A DNA stretch of 64,000 nucleotides from Pelomyxa schiedti (taxonomy: Eukaryota > Protista > Evosea): assembly GCA_020536535.1 (NCBI GenBank), contig JAHLWZ010000790.1, positions 248,001-312,000 of the forward strand, read 5' to 3'. The position numbers and the translations under genes are program-made. This document shows, in pieces, positions 1-12,100 of this stretch. The notes beneath the pieces are model-generated. The model did no database searches. It worked only from the letters and a program-made list of their open reading frames with translations, and had not been told where the DNA came from. Position 1 is the stretch's first letter. Each line of letters opens with the position of its first letter.

Positions 1-83
1 TTGTGACCCTCCAGATATTATCCAACCATGGGCACCCTTACACTTGCCTCTACAGTTTCCAAGTTTATGGAACACAACAATAA
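1..83 (+). CDS. 3' end of a SUN-domain protein (partial, gene starts before the window)
   Basis: The frame starting at nt 3 reads VTLQILSNHGHPYTCLYSFQVYGTQQ*. This matches the SUN C-terminal motif (ILSNWGHPEYTCIYRFRVHG). Confidence 0.75.
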   Translation, partial: VTLQILSNHGHPYTCLYSFQVYGTQQ

Positions 84-122
84 AAGTAGAATATATAATT
101 TTGCTTTCTTCTTCTTTCGTCA

Positions 123-2370
123 TTACAAAATCCTAACAGGGAATGTAAGAATCACATCCCTGTGCACCCCTGCCACCACAGCCCTGGGGAGATAGTGAAA
201 ATTTCGAGCATAAAGAAGGGACTTACCTAACCATGAATTCATAACTTCTGGAGAAGTTAATGTCCTCCTGTTGGCTGGGTTGTGTTGTCTCTGGAATCTT
301 GTATGTCAGCTGTTGCCTCATGATCCCGGAAGTCTGTTTGTTGTGAGGGTTTAATACTATTCTTTCTTGTATCACACCATTGGGAGAGAACCCCCCATTG
401 TGGATTCCAGTATTGCCACTTTCTTCTCTTTAATATCCGACTGTGTGTGGTCAGCAACATGGTGATGTAGACAAGGGACACACTCTTAACTCACCACTGA
501 CAGTTTTTTCTTGATTGCTCTCTGTTTGCGTGAGGTATGATTGAATTGATGTAACTTTTTTATTTGCGGTGTTTTCCAACTAGGGAAAGGTGAGTAGAAG
601 TAAAAAGTACTTGAGGCTTACAAGTACTGAGTAGGAGAACACTTCGCCACTTTTAAACACTCTTTTCGGTATAGAGACTTTTACAAAAAGAGAACCCTCA
701 GAGAGAAAAAATTTACGAGTTTCTTCTTGTTCGAGACCTAGTAGCTTTTAGGAAATTCGAGCAATAAGAAGCTCACCAACTACATCAAAAAAGCATTTGG
801 GATGGTAAGGAATGTTATTCTGCAGCTTGTATGTGAGATTAAGGAGAGTGAAATCTTGTCCACACAAGCCACATTTCACCTGTTTCTGGTCAAAAAAAGA
901 AAGAAGTATAAATGGTTCCTACTGTTTTTATAAAACAAGCGGGATGCCATTCCTTTTCAAGTGCAAAGATACTTTCTTGCATAGGCATTCCGCATCCAGC
1001 ACATTGCTATTAACAGAGAGTAAATAAGGGGAAAGGGGATCGGAGGTAAACATTCAAAGAAAAAGAGCCTTCTGCTGGGTCACTCGATAAAACCTCATTA
1101 CCCCGCATGTTGCTAGCAGGAAGAGGAGGAAGAACAAATGGAAAGGCACCGGGTTGAGTTTGCGGTGTCGATAAAGTTTCGTTGCCCCGTCTGTTGCTAG
1201 CAGGAAGAGGGGGAAGTACAAAAAAGGCACCAGGCTGAGTTTGAGGAGGTGGAAAAGGGGTAGATGGGGAAATCCCTGACGTCGGGGGAAAGGGGGAACT
1301 TACATATGATTGAAAGGGGGGCTGCAAAGGAGTGGGTGGAATAACTTGTTCAGTGGGACTGGGCGAGAACTGGGGCTGTGGGAACTGTGAGTGTTGGATT
1401 GTTGATGCCATTGATTGCATTCTTCGCGCTTGCTGTTGTTGAGCACGTGCTGTTTCTTTGGCTGCTATCTCCTGCTGCTGTGCGATGTAGGATTTGATCT
1501 GAGAAACTCTCTCTTGGTAGGCATTCAATTGTTGCTTTGTTTTATTTCGCACATCGATGCTTAGGGATTCATCTTGCGATGGAGTTGATGTTGTTCACTT
1601 TGAGTTGTAGGCATACCTGTGGCTACACGAGACAAATATGGAAGTGCAGTTTCATAAAGATTGACTGCTTGTGGATAATCTCTTTGTGCATCAGCCTGCT
1701 TAGCTTGTTCAAGAAAACCGTTTGCTGTTGCCCATGCTCTGTGAAGTGGAATAAAGTAAATAGGACGAAACGAGTATCAGAAAGCAAATGCTGCCGTGAC
1801 TACAACAAGTAGTGAGATGTGGGGGTTAGTGGTCACACTCTGCAGCAGTCATTTGCTCAGCAGACTTGACTCCAATCCTCTTCTCAACCACTTGCACAGG
1901 TGCAACAATAGCCACGTTTGGAGGAGGTGAAGAAGTGCTAACAACTGAAGGTATTTGAGTGGCGCCAGTTGGTACTGTTGGAAACTGTTGTATATTGGGT
2001 TGAGCTTCTGCTTGCTGTGCCTGAATTAGGGCTTGCTTGATTGTAGTCAGTCTGTTCTGGTATTCTGTCATTTTTTTCCCAATTGTGTCCCTCATTTGCA
2101 AATCCTGTTCTTCTACAAAAAACTTAGTTAGTAATACTATATATAGTTAATTTGGAACCATATACAACATTGAGAGTGTGTCATACTGCAACCAAGAAAC
2201 GTATTAAGCTTATATTTATTCTATTCCCAATTGAGGGATGATGAACCAGTGAGAGCAAGTCTGAATTCAGAAATGGCAGTCTCATACATCCCATAAGCCG
2301 CTCTCCAGTCCCCCGCTGCGTCACGTCTTACAGCCTCCCCCACAGTGGCCAGCCCCCGTTGAAGCGCCAT
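123..2370 (-). CDS. Multi-exon protein: two MIT domains, Pro/Gln-rich linker, LIM domain and arrestin-C-like domain (amoebozoan Adc-like)
   Basis: MIT1: EAVRRDAAGDWRAAYGMYETAISEF...KMTEYQNR. MIT2: AKQADAQRDYPQAVNLYETAL...LNAYQERVSQIK. LIM: CAGCGMPM...EWHPACF..VKCGLC...YHPKCF. Arrestin-C-like: VSIPKRVFKSGE..LENTANKKV...SRSYEF...LTFPVRIL*. Stop TAA at 125-123. Confidence 0.75.
1086..1246. repeat. Two-copy tandem duplication (~82 bp unit) inside the Pro-rich linker
   Basis: The two copies encode PQTQPGAFFVLPPLPASNRRGNETLS and PQTQPGAFPFVLPPLPASNMRGNEVLS. The DNA copies are visibly similar (tgttgctagcaggaagag occurs in both). Confidence 0.85.
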
Positions 2371-2761
2371 TTTCTCTTTTTTTTTGTTGTGTTTTTGTTG
2401 TGATTGAGTCGCGGACATGATCGGTTCTCATGTCTCTGGGCACATACACTGCACTTTCGTTGATGCACGAAAGTGAACAGAGGCTCAGGAGAACCTCACT
2501 GAGGAACTGGCTGGGAATTTCAGGGAACGTTTTTTGTTTCATTTGCAGTTGCCTGCTTTAATTTCGCGCTGATCATTTGCAACGTTTAGCGTGGCGCCGT
2601 AACCTGTCACTTCTGCGGAGGAAGATCGCTAATAACGCAAGAGTGCTTGGATCTCCGCTGTGGTAGAGCCGACGAAAGCGCCATTTTCCTTCAACGTGCA
2701 GATCTCTCGGCTGTATTCAAGTGGTGTTGGTGCGTGAGGGAAGATAAGAAAACAAGAGGAA

Positions 2762-5371
2762 ATGATCGACAACGCACTTTTGGCGAGTGTGGCGCAGCCT
2801 CTATTGCCGCGAAGAATTGAGTTTGTGCGTGCCAGTGTTACGGGGAGCGAATTTGAGGGAGGTGCTTCTTGGGACCCGCAGGCGGCGACTGTAGCACCAG
2901 TGAGGCCAGTGAAAAAGGCCTCTTTATTCCCCAAGGTTTTCCCACCATTTTTCTTGTGTTTCCCTTCTCACAGTAGTAGGAAGCTATGGGGGAGATATTG
3001 CAATGGAAAACGATGGTGAAAGTAGGTGGTGGCTTGGGTAATATGGGCAACACCTGCTTCCTCAATGCAATTTTGCAGTGTTTGATTTACACTCCACCAA
3101 TCGCAAATTACCTGGCCCTGACAAAATTCTCCTGTCCATGTATTGGAGACGTTTTATTTGGTCCTTACTAAGAACAAACAGGTAGAGGACAAAATTTTTG
3201 CATGTTATGTGAACTTCATACACTGATTCTCAAAGTATTAAATTCTAATGGCCACACTGTAGTACCGGCTCGAATAGCAAAAAACATAAGACGTTGTTTG
3301 TGACCCTTCAATCTTTGTCTAACTCCCTGCAGGAATTGCACCCCACTTCATCCCAGGACGAGAAGAGGACTCGCATGAATTTCTTCGTTATGTGTTGACA
3401 GCACTCCAAAAGGCATTTCTTAAGAAATACGTTGGGTGCGTTTTTTCCAACTTTTTTTTCCCATTTCTAATACAGCCAAGAATGAAACTTCCAAAAGAAA
3501 TTGAGAATACTACCTTTATCGACTGCGTTTATACTGGCACACTTGTAAGTAAGGCAGGTTTATACCCCTCTTCAACAGGCATCAGTTGGTGATCCAATAT
3601 CTCAATATTAATTTCAAGTAACATAAGATAACCTGCCGGGAGTGCTACTATGAATCTCGTACCTATGACCCGTTCATGGATTTGAGCCTAGAAATCAAAT
3701 ACTCTACTACCCTAGACTCAGCAATTTCCTGGTTTCAGCGTGTTGAAGTCCTGGATAATGACAATAAATTCAAATGCCCAAAGTTTGATCTTTCTGACTG
3801 TGCGAACTTCTAATCGTCTTAGATGCAAGGCCCTTGTAAGAGCAAACAAGCAGTTCCAAATACACGAGGCACCCCCCATTCTCACAATCCACTTAAAGCG
3901 ATTCTTATATGTGGGTCGCCTGTATCAAAAAATTGATAAGCCACTGGCTTTCTCTCAAAACCTCAACCTCGAATTGGCTAATGGAAAGGTAGTTACCAAA
4001 ATTTGCTAACTTTTAAATTAATTTTTATGCAGTGTGTCCACTATAGTCTCTTTTCTGTCCTTGTTCATAAAGGTGGATCAGCACATTCTGGCCACTATTA
4101 TTCTTTTGTAAAAGCGGCAAATTCTGTGTGGTATTGCATGAATGACGATTTGGTAGGTGGAACACTGGGGAATCAATACTCATGACTAAACTGTAGGTTC
4201 AACAAGTATCCGCTGATACAGTAACAAAACAATCGGCATATCTTTTGTTCTATGCAGCTGATCCTGGTTATTTTACTTCACCTGAGATCCCTAGTAGAAG
4301 CACCCTTCAGTTTTTGTTTTTCTAATTGGGGGGTAAAAAAACCGTTCAGAGAAGTCTGTCGAGACACCCGAAAGTGAACCTGTTGGAACACCCCCAAGAA
4401 AGAAAGCCCGAGTAGACACAAGTTCTCAAAAGTTATCTTCAGTCAATAAAGTACAACAATCTCCACCCACTCCTGTGGTCAAGTTAGAAACCGAAAGCCC
4501 CACAACCCCCACGACAGGCGACATTCCCTCCAATGCCCCCCAAGTGGAACTGTCCCCAGACCTACCACCATTGAGCAAACTTGGAACTAGTGAAATTCAC
4601 CTCTCAGAAATGGATTCAATTGCCACTCAGGAGCAACCGTCAAAAACTACAGTAAGGTTCCATCTGAGGCCAAGCTTAAAGATACAAGCCCAAAAACTAA
4701 ACGAGATGGATGAAAGCCAAAAAGTACCGCTCTTTATCCTGCCAATCCACTTTTCTCCTCACTCTTTTCCAGATAGCTGTAAATCAACATCTGACACGGA
4801 AAACTGATGCTACGTCTCTTTATACACACAATGGTGATATCAAACATATGTTTTCGTTTTCTCACCTAAATTAGTTGGTGAGTGGGCAGAAAACCAACAA
4901 CTCCATGAACAGAGAAAGGAGTCCCTGTGGCGGCAGGCCAAAGAAGCCAATGAAAAAAAGGTTTCAACCCACCCAAGCAATATTGGGTAACATGAGACAG
5001 ATTGGCTACCAAGCAGACTGGTGGGACCAGTCAATAGATCTTCCAAGGATTCCCCGACACAAGAGAGAAAGTGTTGCGCGCCCAGAAGTGCGAGCCCCCA
5101 CGTGGGCACAGAGGTGGAGCAGTGAAAAGCGTCATGAAGTGAGGAGGGAGGCAGCAGGCAGGACCGCAACTTCTGGCGGTCCTCCTGAGGCGAGCTGGTA
5201 TTACCAAAGAGACTCTAATCCCAGGAAGCAAAGTAAAAGGGCTTCCCGGCTTGTCCCTCAGCAAGGAATACCAACTTCAGCAAGAGGGAAGAAGCTACCA
5301 ATGTATGTACAGCTGCAATATAACTCCACACTCACTGGGGCAAAAGGAAAAGGTTCAATAAACGAAGGTGA
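2762..5371 (+). CDS. Ubiquitin-specific protease, USP36/USP42 family (multi-exon)
   Basis: Cys box [39 protein letters not shown], and His box [26 protein letters not shown]. The C-terminus has [13 protein letters not shown] and a basic tail MKRFNKRR* after removing intron 5303-5346. Confidence 0.9.
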
Positions 5372-5413
5372 TGGATTCGTTCATTCGTTTTCACAAATGC
5401 AGGAAAAAAAAAG

Positions 5414-6594
5414 CTACGGGAGGGACTTCACTTTTCCTTTTTTGAGTATAAAAACCAACAAAATGGAACACAAAAACACCAACACTGCCACAATCAAAAG
5501 GCACATTCCTTCCCTTTCATCCGCGACATCGTCGGGTGAAAAGGGGTCTGTGTGCTTTGCCGCATTGTAACCACTTGCATTTGGAGGATAAACATGCCCG
5601 GCAATAGGCGGGTACTTGCCGTAGAATTCCACCTGGTTGGTGTTGTGAAGTACGGACTGGGCGGCTTTGAGAGGAATGAAAGCCTCGTTTCTGTAGGAGC
5701 AGTAGTTGGACTCTATTCCAGAGTCGAGCACGAGTCGGCGGTCTCCTTGAGCAAGGCCGGCTGGTTTGATGGAGTTTTCTGTGAGGCGGGTCTCACACTC
5801 TTGAGCGAATTGCAGCCAAAATCGAGGGCTTTGCTCGTATTCGTCAGAGAGTGTGAGGTGTTTGGGTGGTGTTGTTGGTGTGGTTGGTGTTGAGGTTGAG
5901 GGGGGTGAAGGAAGCTGTGGGTGGTTGTCTGAATCGTCATCAAGGTGTGTGAACCTGGCGCCGGCATAGGCTTTGCTGTAGCGGTATATGTAGACAGTGA
6001 TTTCTCTTCCTCGTTGGAATTCAGGGCGCGCTTTCCCTATTTCCGCCTGTACAAGGTTATTGACAATTATTCAAAGGAAAATTTTTTGCCAGGAAGCAAG
6101 AACCTTCATCCCAGAAAGGCACCCTTTTGTAATAAACACTTCAGCAATAATCTCCCATGCCTTTGGGATATCGTCAAAGAGGACTGAAAAGTGTAGTTTC
6201 CAATCTATTTTCATTCAAACATCAGCACTTCCTAAGCAGTAACAACAAATAACAACACCATAGAAAGAGCAATAGCAACAGCCAAAATCCCCACACCCAA
6301 CCGAGCCTCTAGATTTTTTGCAACACGCAGACTTACAGACTTATGGGAAGCAAAACGAAACGGACCTGGGGTGCGGTACATAGCATTTGCCTGCGCTATC
6401 CAGTAACGGTGCCCCATGCCCGTGTACAACCTCACAAAAGCCTCGTCACATGCAACCTGGTACGTGGTCCACGTGCACTCCGCACCGGTCCCATAATGCA
6501 TCTTCAACTGCCTCACATTCTTGTCGCCAGCCTGCCACCTCCGCGCCAAACTGAACGACACGAAATCACGCGCTTTCGTACCCTCTTCCACCAT
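5414..6594 (-). CDS. OspF/SpvC (VRP3-family) phosphothreonine lyase-like protein with a C-terminal transmembrane anchor
   Basis: Exons 6594-6366, 6204-6104 and 6046-5414, with a possible 12-nt exon at 6308-6297. Spliced protein: DWKLHFSV..DIPKAW..GMK|..QRGREITVY..QFAQECETRLTEN..QGD..YCSYRNE..DPF..LLIVAVLVFLCSILLVFILKKGK*. These motifs are colinear with SpvC as I recall it (GDKFHISV..KWK..QFTLY..QFIECLESRLSEN..ESD..YLSYRNE..EEPF). Confidence 0.75.
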
Positions 6595-6842
6595 TTGGTT
6601 TGAGTTTTTTTTCTTGGGCTTTCATTTTCTCCAGCACCCTTGGACCTTTCACTGTTCCCTCGATGCACCAGTATTCTGGTCCCGGTTGGTTCAGTCCAAA
6701 GGTATCGGGAAGAGTCACCCATGACAAGTTGTACTGAGATGGCACAGTGTCTCTCTGGAGGTTTTCTAGTCCTCAGTGTGACGTTGACTCAATACCTTGG
6801 CACCAGAGGGATGGGATACATTTTGGAAGCGGGATTCAATAT

Positions 6843-7672
6843 TCACGCACTACAATTACAGCGGCAGCAGCAAGAAGCCAAAATCGGGCACTTCAGTAAC
6901 AAGATCAAACCCAGTAGTTTGGCCAACAATTAATTACACTCACTTTGCTTGATATCTAGGCCGTTTCCAGAGCACTCTCAGTCCCAGCGGGGGACAAAAT
7001 GGGGAAGGAGCTTTGGGGATGTAACCCTTGACCAAATAAAAAAAAAACTTTTTTTTTCCTCATCAACCACATGATCTTCATAGTGCTTTTTGTGGATGGT
7101 GGTGCTTTTACTGTTGCTTTCGGGTGTGGGTTGTTTCTAATGAATGGGTGGAATAGTGTGGTTCTGTGGACAAAGAATGAATAAGTCACTGCCGTGGGTT
7201 GTTACTAACCGTGACTAAACAATCTCGTCTCGGTGAAGCTTGTTGCATGCATAGAATTAGGGGTGTTGTGATCGTGGCTTGCTTGAATATGGAGGGAATT
7301 GATTTATCACTTACCGCTTTGCTGAGGCAACCTGTCAGGTTTGCCAATGGCCAAAGAGTAGTATAGAAAGCGCACGATTCATGGCAGTACTCTGAAAGGA
7401 ATGGCAGTTGTGCTACTACAAGCGACGGTTGATGTGAATGCCATACGAGTTGGGCGAATTTTTTGTAGCCAAACGGTCATTTCCTGCCCCATAAGGAGGC
7501 AAGCGAGGATAAACAAAATTGATTTTGGAACATAGTCCTGGTTTTCTGCACTTGGCGGTCGGTTTGTTGTCACCACTCCATATATGAAGTCCTGCACCTT
7601 TGACAATGTAGTCCAGGCATTGGCCTCTGTTTGTGTGTCTCGGCTGCCACTGCCAAACGTTGGAGATAACAT
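6843..7672 (-). CDS. Possible short multi-exon hypothetical protein
   Basis: Open frame MLSPTFGSGSRDTQTEANAW..., followed by several short GT..AG intron-like segments. No recognisable domain; boundaries uncertain. Confidence 0.25.
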
Positions 7673-7784
7673 GCACCCTGTCGCGAACTCCAGAAGACTT
7701 TTGATGGGAAGCTCTTCGTATTTCTTTTTACTGATCAAAAAAAAAAGAAAGATCGTGCCCAAGGAATCGGTTAATTGTATCCCC

Positions 7785-9062
7785 ATGCAAGTCCCCGCAG
7801 CACAACTGGGTGAAGTGAGCAGCAACTGCACTTGTGGGTCCTCTTCTTCTTCTGTGTCATCGTCGACGACGGTGTCTGCGGGCGTGGTGGTCCCGGTCGA
7901 ATCGACGGTGGTGTTCCCGCCCTGGGCTGAGCTGGAAGACTTCCTCCTCTGCATCATTTTGTACCAGTTGCCCCATAAGTGGATGTTTGTTACCCCCACT
8001 CCTTTATTTAACACTTTACTCCCTTTTCCACGTTAGTTTCTGTTTAGAAGCAGTTTAGCTAAATGGCCCTGAACCGAATCGCCACTAGGTTTAGAGCTGG
8101 GAGTGTGTGCAGGCGCTGGAATTCGATTGTCAATAAACTGAACGAGAATGATGAGTATTGGCGTATTCTATGTGATGCAAGGGCAACTGACGTCAAAACA
8201 CTGGAGTTACCCTGTGAGGGCGTAGCGCAGAACAAACTCTATAAATATTATTACCTGGTGCGACTCTGCCGCTTCTAAGTCACTATGATATCAACACGTT
8301 GTGGTGTGAGGTAACTGACTTTTTGTAGACTTACTTGCGTGGAATACAACGTGGTGTGAAACTGTTGAAGGATCCGTATGTAGGCGCACCTTATTTCACT
8401 CATGAATGGTCCTGCAATGTATGCAATGCAAGTGGATCACATGCCGTTTATCATTGTGCTATGTACTCTCTTTTTCTGGAAGAATCACCTGGATAATCAA
8501 CTTACAAGTTGCGGTGTCTACGATATGTGCCGTGATTGTTACTCAAATGGCCGCAGATGCAGGCATGACTGTGTGAAGATGACCAGCTGGTAGTTTCTTT
8601 CCGGTTCTATTTTTATCCTTAGAATCCAACCAAAACCACAGGTGGATGACAAATTACCGCTTTTTCACTGCAACACGCCCAGCACCTGTAGACACCAAAA
8701 AGCTGCTTGCTATAAAGGCCTCGGCCGCTCACACTGCAGCAGAAGGTATTGTCTCCCCCACTCACCAAAAAACCTCATCCTCTTTTTCGTTTTTTTTTTT
8801 TTTTTTGTTTTTGGTCACTTCATAAACAGACTTCCCAATACAAATATGCATGAACTTTGACGAACCCGATGGACCAATTAGTGACGAGGACAACGTACTA
8901 CGAGCTCCGCGTCCTTCAGTTTTCTTCCTGTTTGGTGGTCCCCCGGCTCACCTCCACAACGCAGCTGGTGCCGACGGCGAGCCTGTGGAGGAAGATGATG
9001 AAGACGAAGACGAAGAAGTAGAAGGAGAAGGACCACAGTCATCAGATGAAGATGCGGAGTGA
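7785..9062 (+). CDS. F-box protein with a ZZ-type zinc finger and acidic C-terminal tail
   Basis: Spliced F-box WAELEDFLLCIILYQLPHKWM|FRAGSVCRRWNSIV..DEYWRILC. ZZ-like WSCNVC...YHC..CGVYDMCRDCY. The last exon is the acidic ORF 8850-9062. Confidence 0.75.
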
Positions 9063-9159
9063 GGCTAAAGGGGAAAGAAAGACACAACACAAAACAAAAC
9101 AAAAAAAAAAAAAAGAGGAGAAAGAGGGTGAAAGAAAACATCCTTTGGATGGTGCCCAT

Positions 9160-12100
9160 CTAGGGATGACTGTTTTTATATTCCTCAAACTTTGTTTTAT
9201 CCCCACCCCAGTCGTTACTTGTTGATTGCTTTAGGGAATTTAGGTTAGAAAGGTACCTGTTTTTGAAGCTGGTCATAATTTAGTCGCAATGTTGCTGTGT
9301 GCATCTCGGTTGATCTTTTTTCCCTTGAAAGGGTAACTGCTGATTCAGTTTCTAGCTTGTAATACCACGACATGTGGTAATTGTGCCAATGGCGCAGTGT
9401 TTTTATTGATGAGTCTGGGTATAATACAGTGGGTTCTGCATTATGTAAAAAGAGTGAAGGCAAAGGGATCATCATCATACCGGGAGTGTAGAAAGGGTTT
9501 ATGTATTTATCCAACTGTGAATTCAAGTATGACCACAAACTGATGGTCCTAGTTTGGATGTTTGCTTCAACTCGTTCCTTTTCAGAATTCGATAGAAAAG
9601 TACCTAGAGAAGTGAGCCAAAGAAGAACCCTTGCGTAATACCAAATTGGCACGAGTAAATGTTATCCATTATAGCCATCAAAAAAGTTTCATTGAATTGA
9701 AAGCAGAATGGGTACTGGCATATCAACTGGTAGACACACTCAATAAACTGCGGGAAAATTGGTGAACGCTGATCAGAGGGTTTTGCTTCTCCATGAGCTG
9801 GGAATTTCTTAGGTAAATAGAGGTGGAAATGGACACACCACAGCGATATCCAAACTTGTGGCCAAAAGAAAGCCACTCCTTTTCAATGAGGATTTCAAAG
9901 CCAATTATTGATCTGATAAGGTAAATTCCACGAAAAGAAAGTTTCTCAACCTGTAATAGGGATCCAGGCACAGCATTGCCAAAGATGTACATTGTGCAGT
10001 GCGATCCCATCTAAATACCATAAGGAGGGAAATTATTCAAGGACTATACCCTACCACAGTGTTAGTGGATAAACAAAGAGAACTATAGGCAAACAATCAC
10101 TAACCATCACTACAATGAAGCAGTACAGACATTTGGAGTTTTTCTATTATATGAACTGTCTTGGTTACACTAGCGAGTATGGCCTGTTTTTGGTCTTGAG
10201 AGGGGAGAAATAAACCATTCACCAAAGAACCTGTTGCAAGTTTAACCACCGGCTTTGCTCAAGCTGCAGATACCACATTTCTTCCCCAACAGCTGGTGCG
10301 TACTGATCACGGAATTTTTGATATGCGTCTCTTACGCCATGGATATTCGCTCTTAACACTAATTTAGTATTTAGCCAGCAAATGAAGAGTTCATACATTT
10401 CCTCAAATTCGAGTTTACACTGTGGATAAAATGCAAGTTCTTCATAGCCTCCTCCTCTAGCTCTGTTTGCCATGGCAGATGATTTAGATCTGGCATCCTG
10501 AAAGTTTTATCCAAATAGAACCACGAAACTTGTAAGGCATACCAAAATATAGAGGAAGTTTGGGTTCGTGTGGTTTGTATTCATGATGAGCTGTATGTAT
10601 TCCTCATCAGTAAAGGACCTTGACCCTTTCAAACCAACACAGGGTTGTGCACAGCGTGTTATGGTAGCACCAGTTGTCGAATGCCTCCAACTTTGGACGT
10701 AAAAATATGAAAGAAAGTTTTAATGATACCTTAGAACTGCTATCCTTTGTTTGCTCCGGAAATTACCCACAGATGCAAGTAAATCATCAGAAGCAGAGTC
10801 GGGTACAACAAAGACAGAGGGATAGGTATCGCAGAATTGATAGTTTTGGTTCACATTTGATATTCGCCAACCTGACTGGAAGTTGTTAGATTTTTCCATT
10901 TATGCCTGTGTTTCTTCTTACCGAAGCTCCAATTCTTTGTCGTTGATACTCCATGGCTGGTTTGTAAATCGACCACCCACTGTTTGGGTAACTTGGCCGG
11001 TAGGAAAAGGCAAAAAACTTGTCTGGATTGAAGCAAATATCGCTCTTTTTGTGGTTACTCACGTAAATGGGGAGCAAGACATACAATAGTTTTAATCAAT
11101 TGAGAGCGTCTTATGGACTTCTTAGGAAACCCGAATCTCACTGTCCTTCCCTCTTTACACGTTATATCAAGATAATATCGGCCAGTTGGGCCTTTCTTAT
11201 TGACCATAGATTTGTCTATCTTAAGAATGGTGTTGAGCGGGATTTTGATTTCATCTTTCTGTATGTGGTGAATTGGAGTTTCCTTGGCATGTCAATACCT
11301 GTGTGTTATGAAAGCTCTTGAAAACGAACTGAAAGTTGCTGATGTAGACGTAGCCAATAGTGATTGTAGGAGAGGAGAATTGATTTGCAGGAGGAGAAAC
11401 AAAAACATGTCGGACATCATTTATCCCATCTAGTACGAGAGTCTCCCCTTCAAAATCAATGCCCACTGAAGAAGTTATGCATAACTTTATAAATTCTTTG
11501 TACCATACTTTGAATTGCAGAGTGATTTTTTGAGAACATTGTAGTTGGAGAATAAGAGACAAGAAATTGAATAGAATTTTCTCCCATTCGTAACGTTAAA
11601 ACATCCTGCAGAATTTAAGAAAATTCTCATCATGTCTATTGTATACTTAAGGATATACTCACGCCAGAATTCCATTCTTGTTCTCCCATGTCTTGTGTTA
11701 CATCCAAAGGATGACCTTGCAATAATAGTTGAAACTCCTCAGTGGCTTCAAGAAAATGAAAAGTGATTCAGGTTAGTTGACTCGACGAACCTTGTGATTC
11801 CGCCTCTGAAGTAAATCAAAAATGGGGGAAAAAAAGATGGAAAAAGGTTACCTGAGTTCCAATTATCTTCGTCCTGTTCAGGGTCCTCTATCAGAACATT
11901 AGAAAAGTTTGGTTTGCTGTAGGGTATACGTGAAGTATGACTAAGTACAGCCTGTATTCAAAAGTTAATAAAATTATAAAAAAAAAAAAAAAAAGGTTTC
12001 CTTACCTCTCGAAATTGCGCCAATTTACTTTCAGTTTCTTGAGTTTATTAGTTTGAATTAAGAAACCACCCTTTCTATTAACAAGATTTACTTGGTTTTG

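Noticed and set aside
3554-3627. Hidden microexon or recursive splice point in the 74-nt USP intron; similar candidates at 2113-2246 and 56377-56449
   Set aside because: The candidate internal exons either break the frame or worsen alignment to the family. A single intron explains each case.
4875-5570. Apparent antisense CDS overlap between the USP36 ORF and the lyase gene
   Set aside because: Removing intron 5303-5346 ends USP36 at 5371 with a typical basic tail, so no overlap is needed.
7379-8014. 211-aa minus-strand ORF treated as a single gene
   Set aside because: Its 5' half is the antisense shadow of the F-box gene's first exon.
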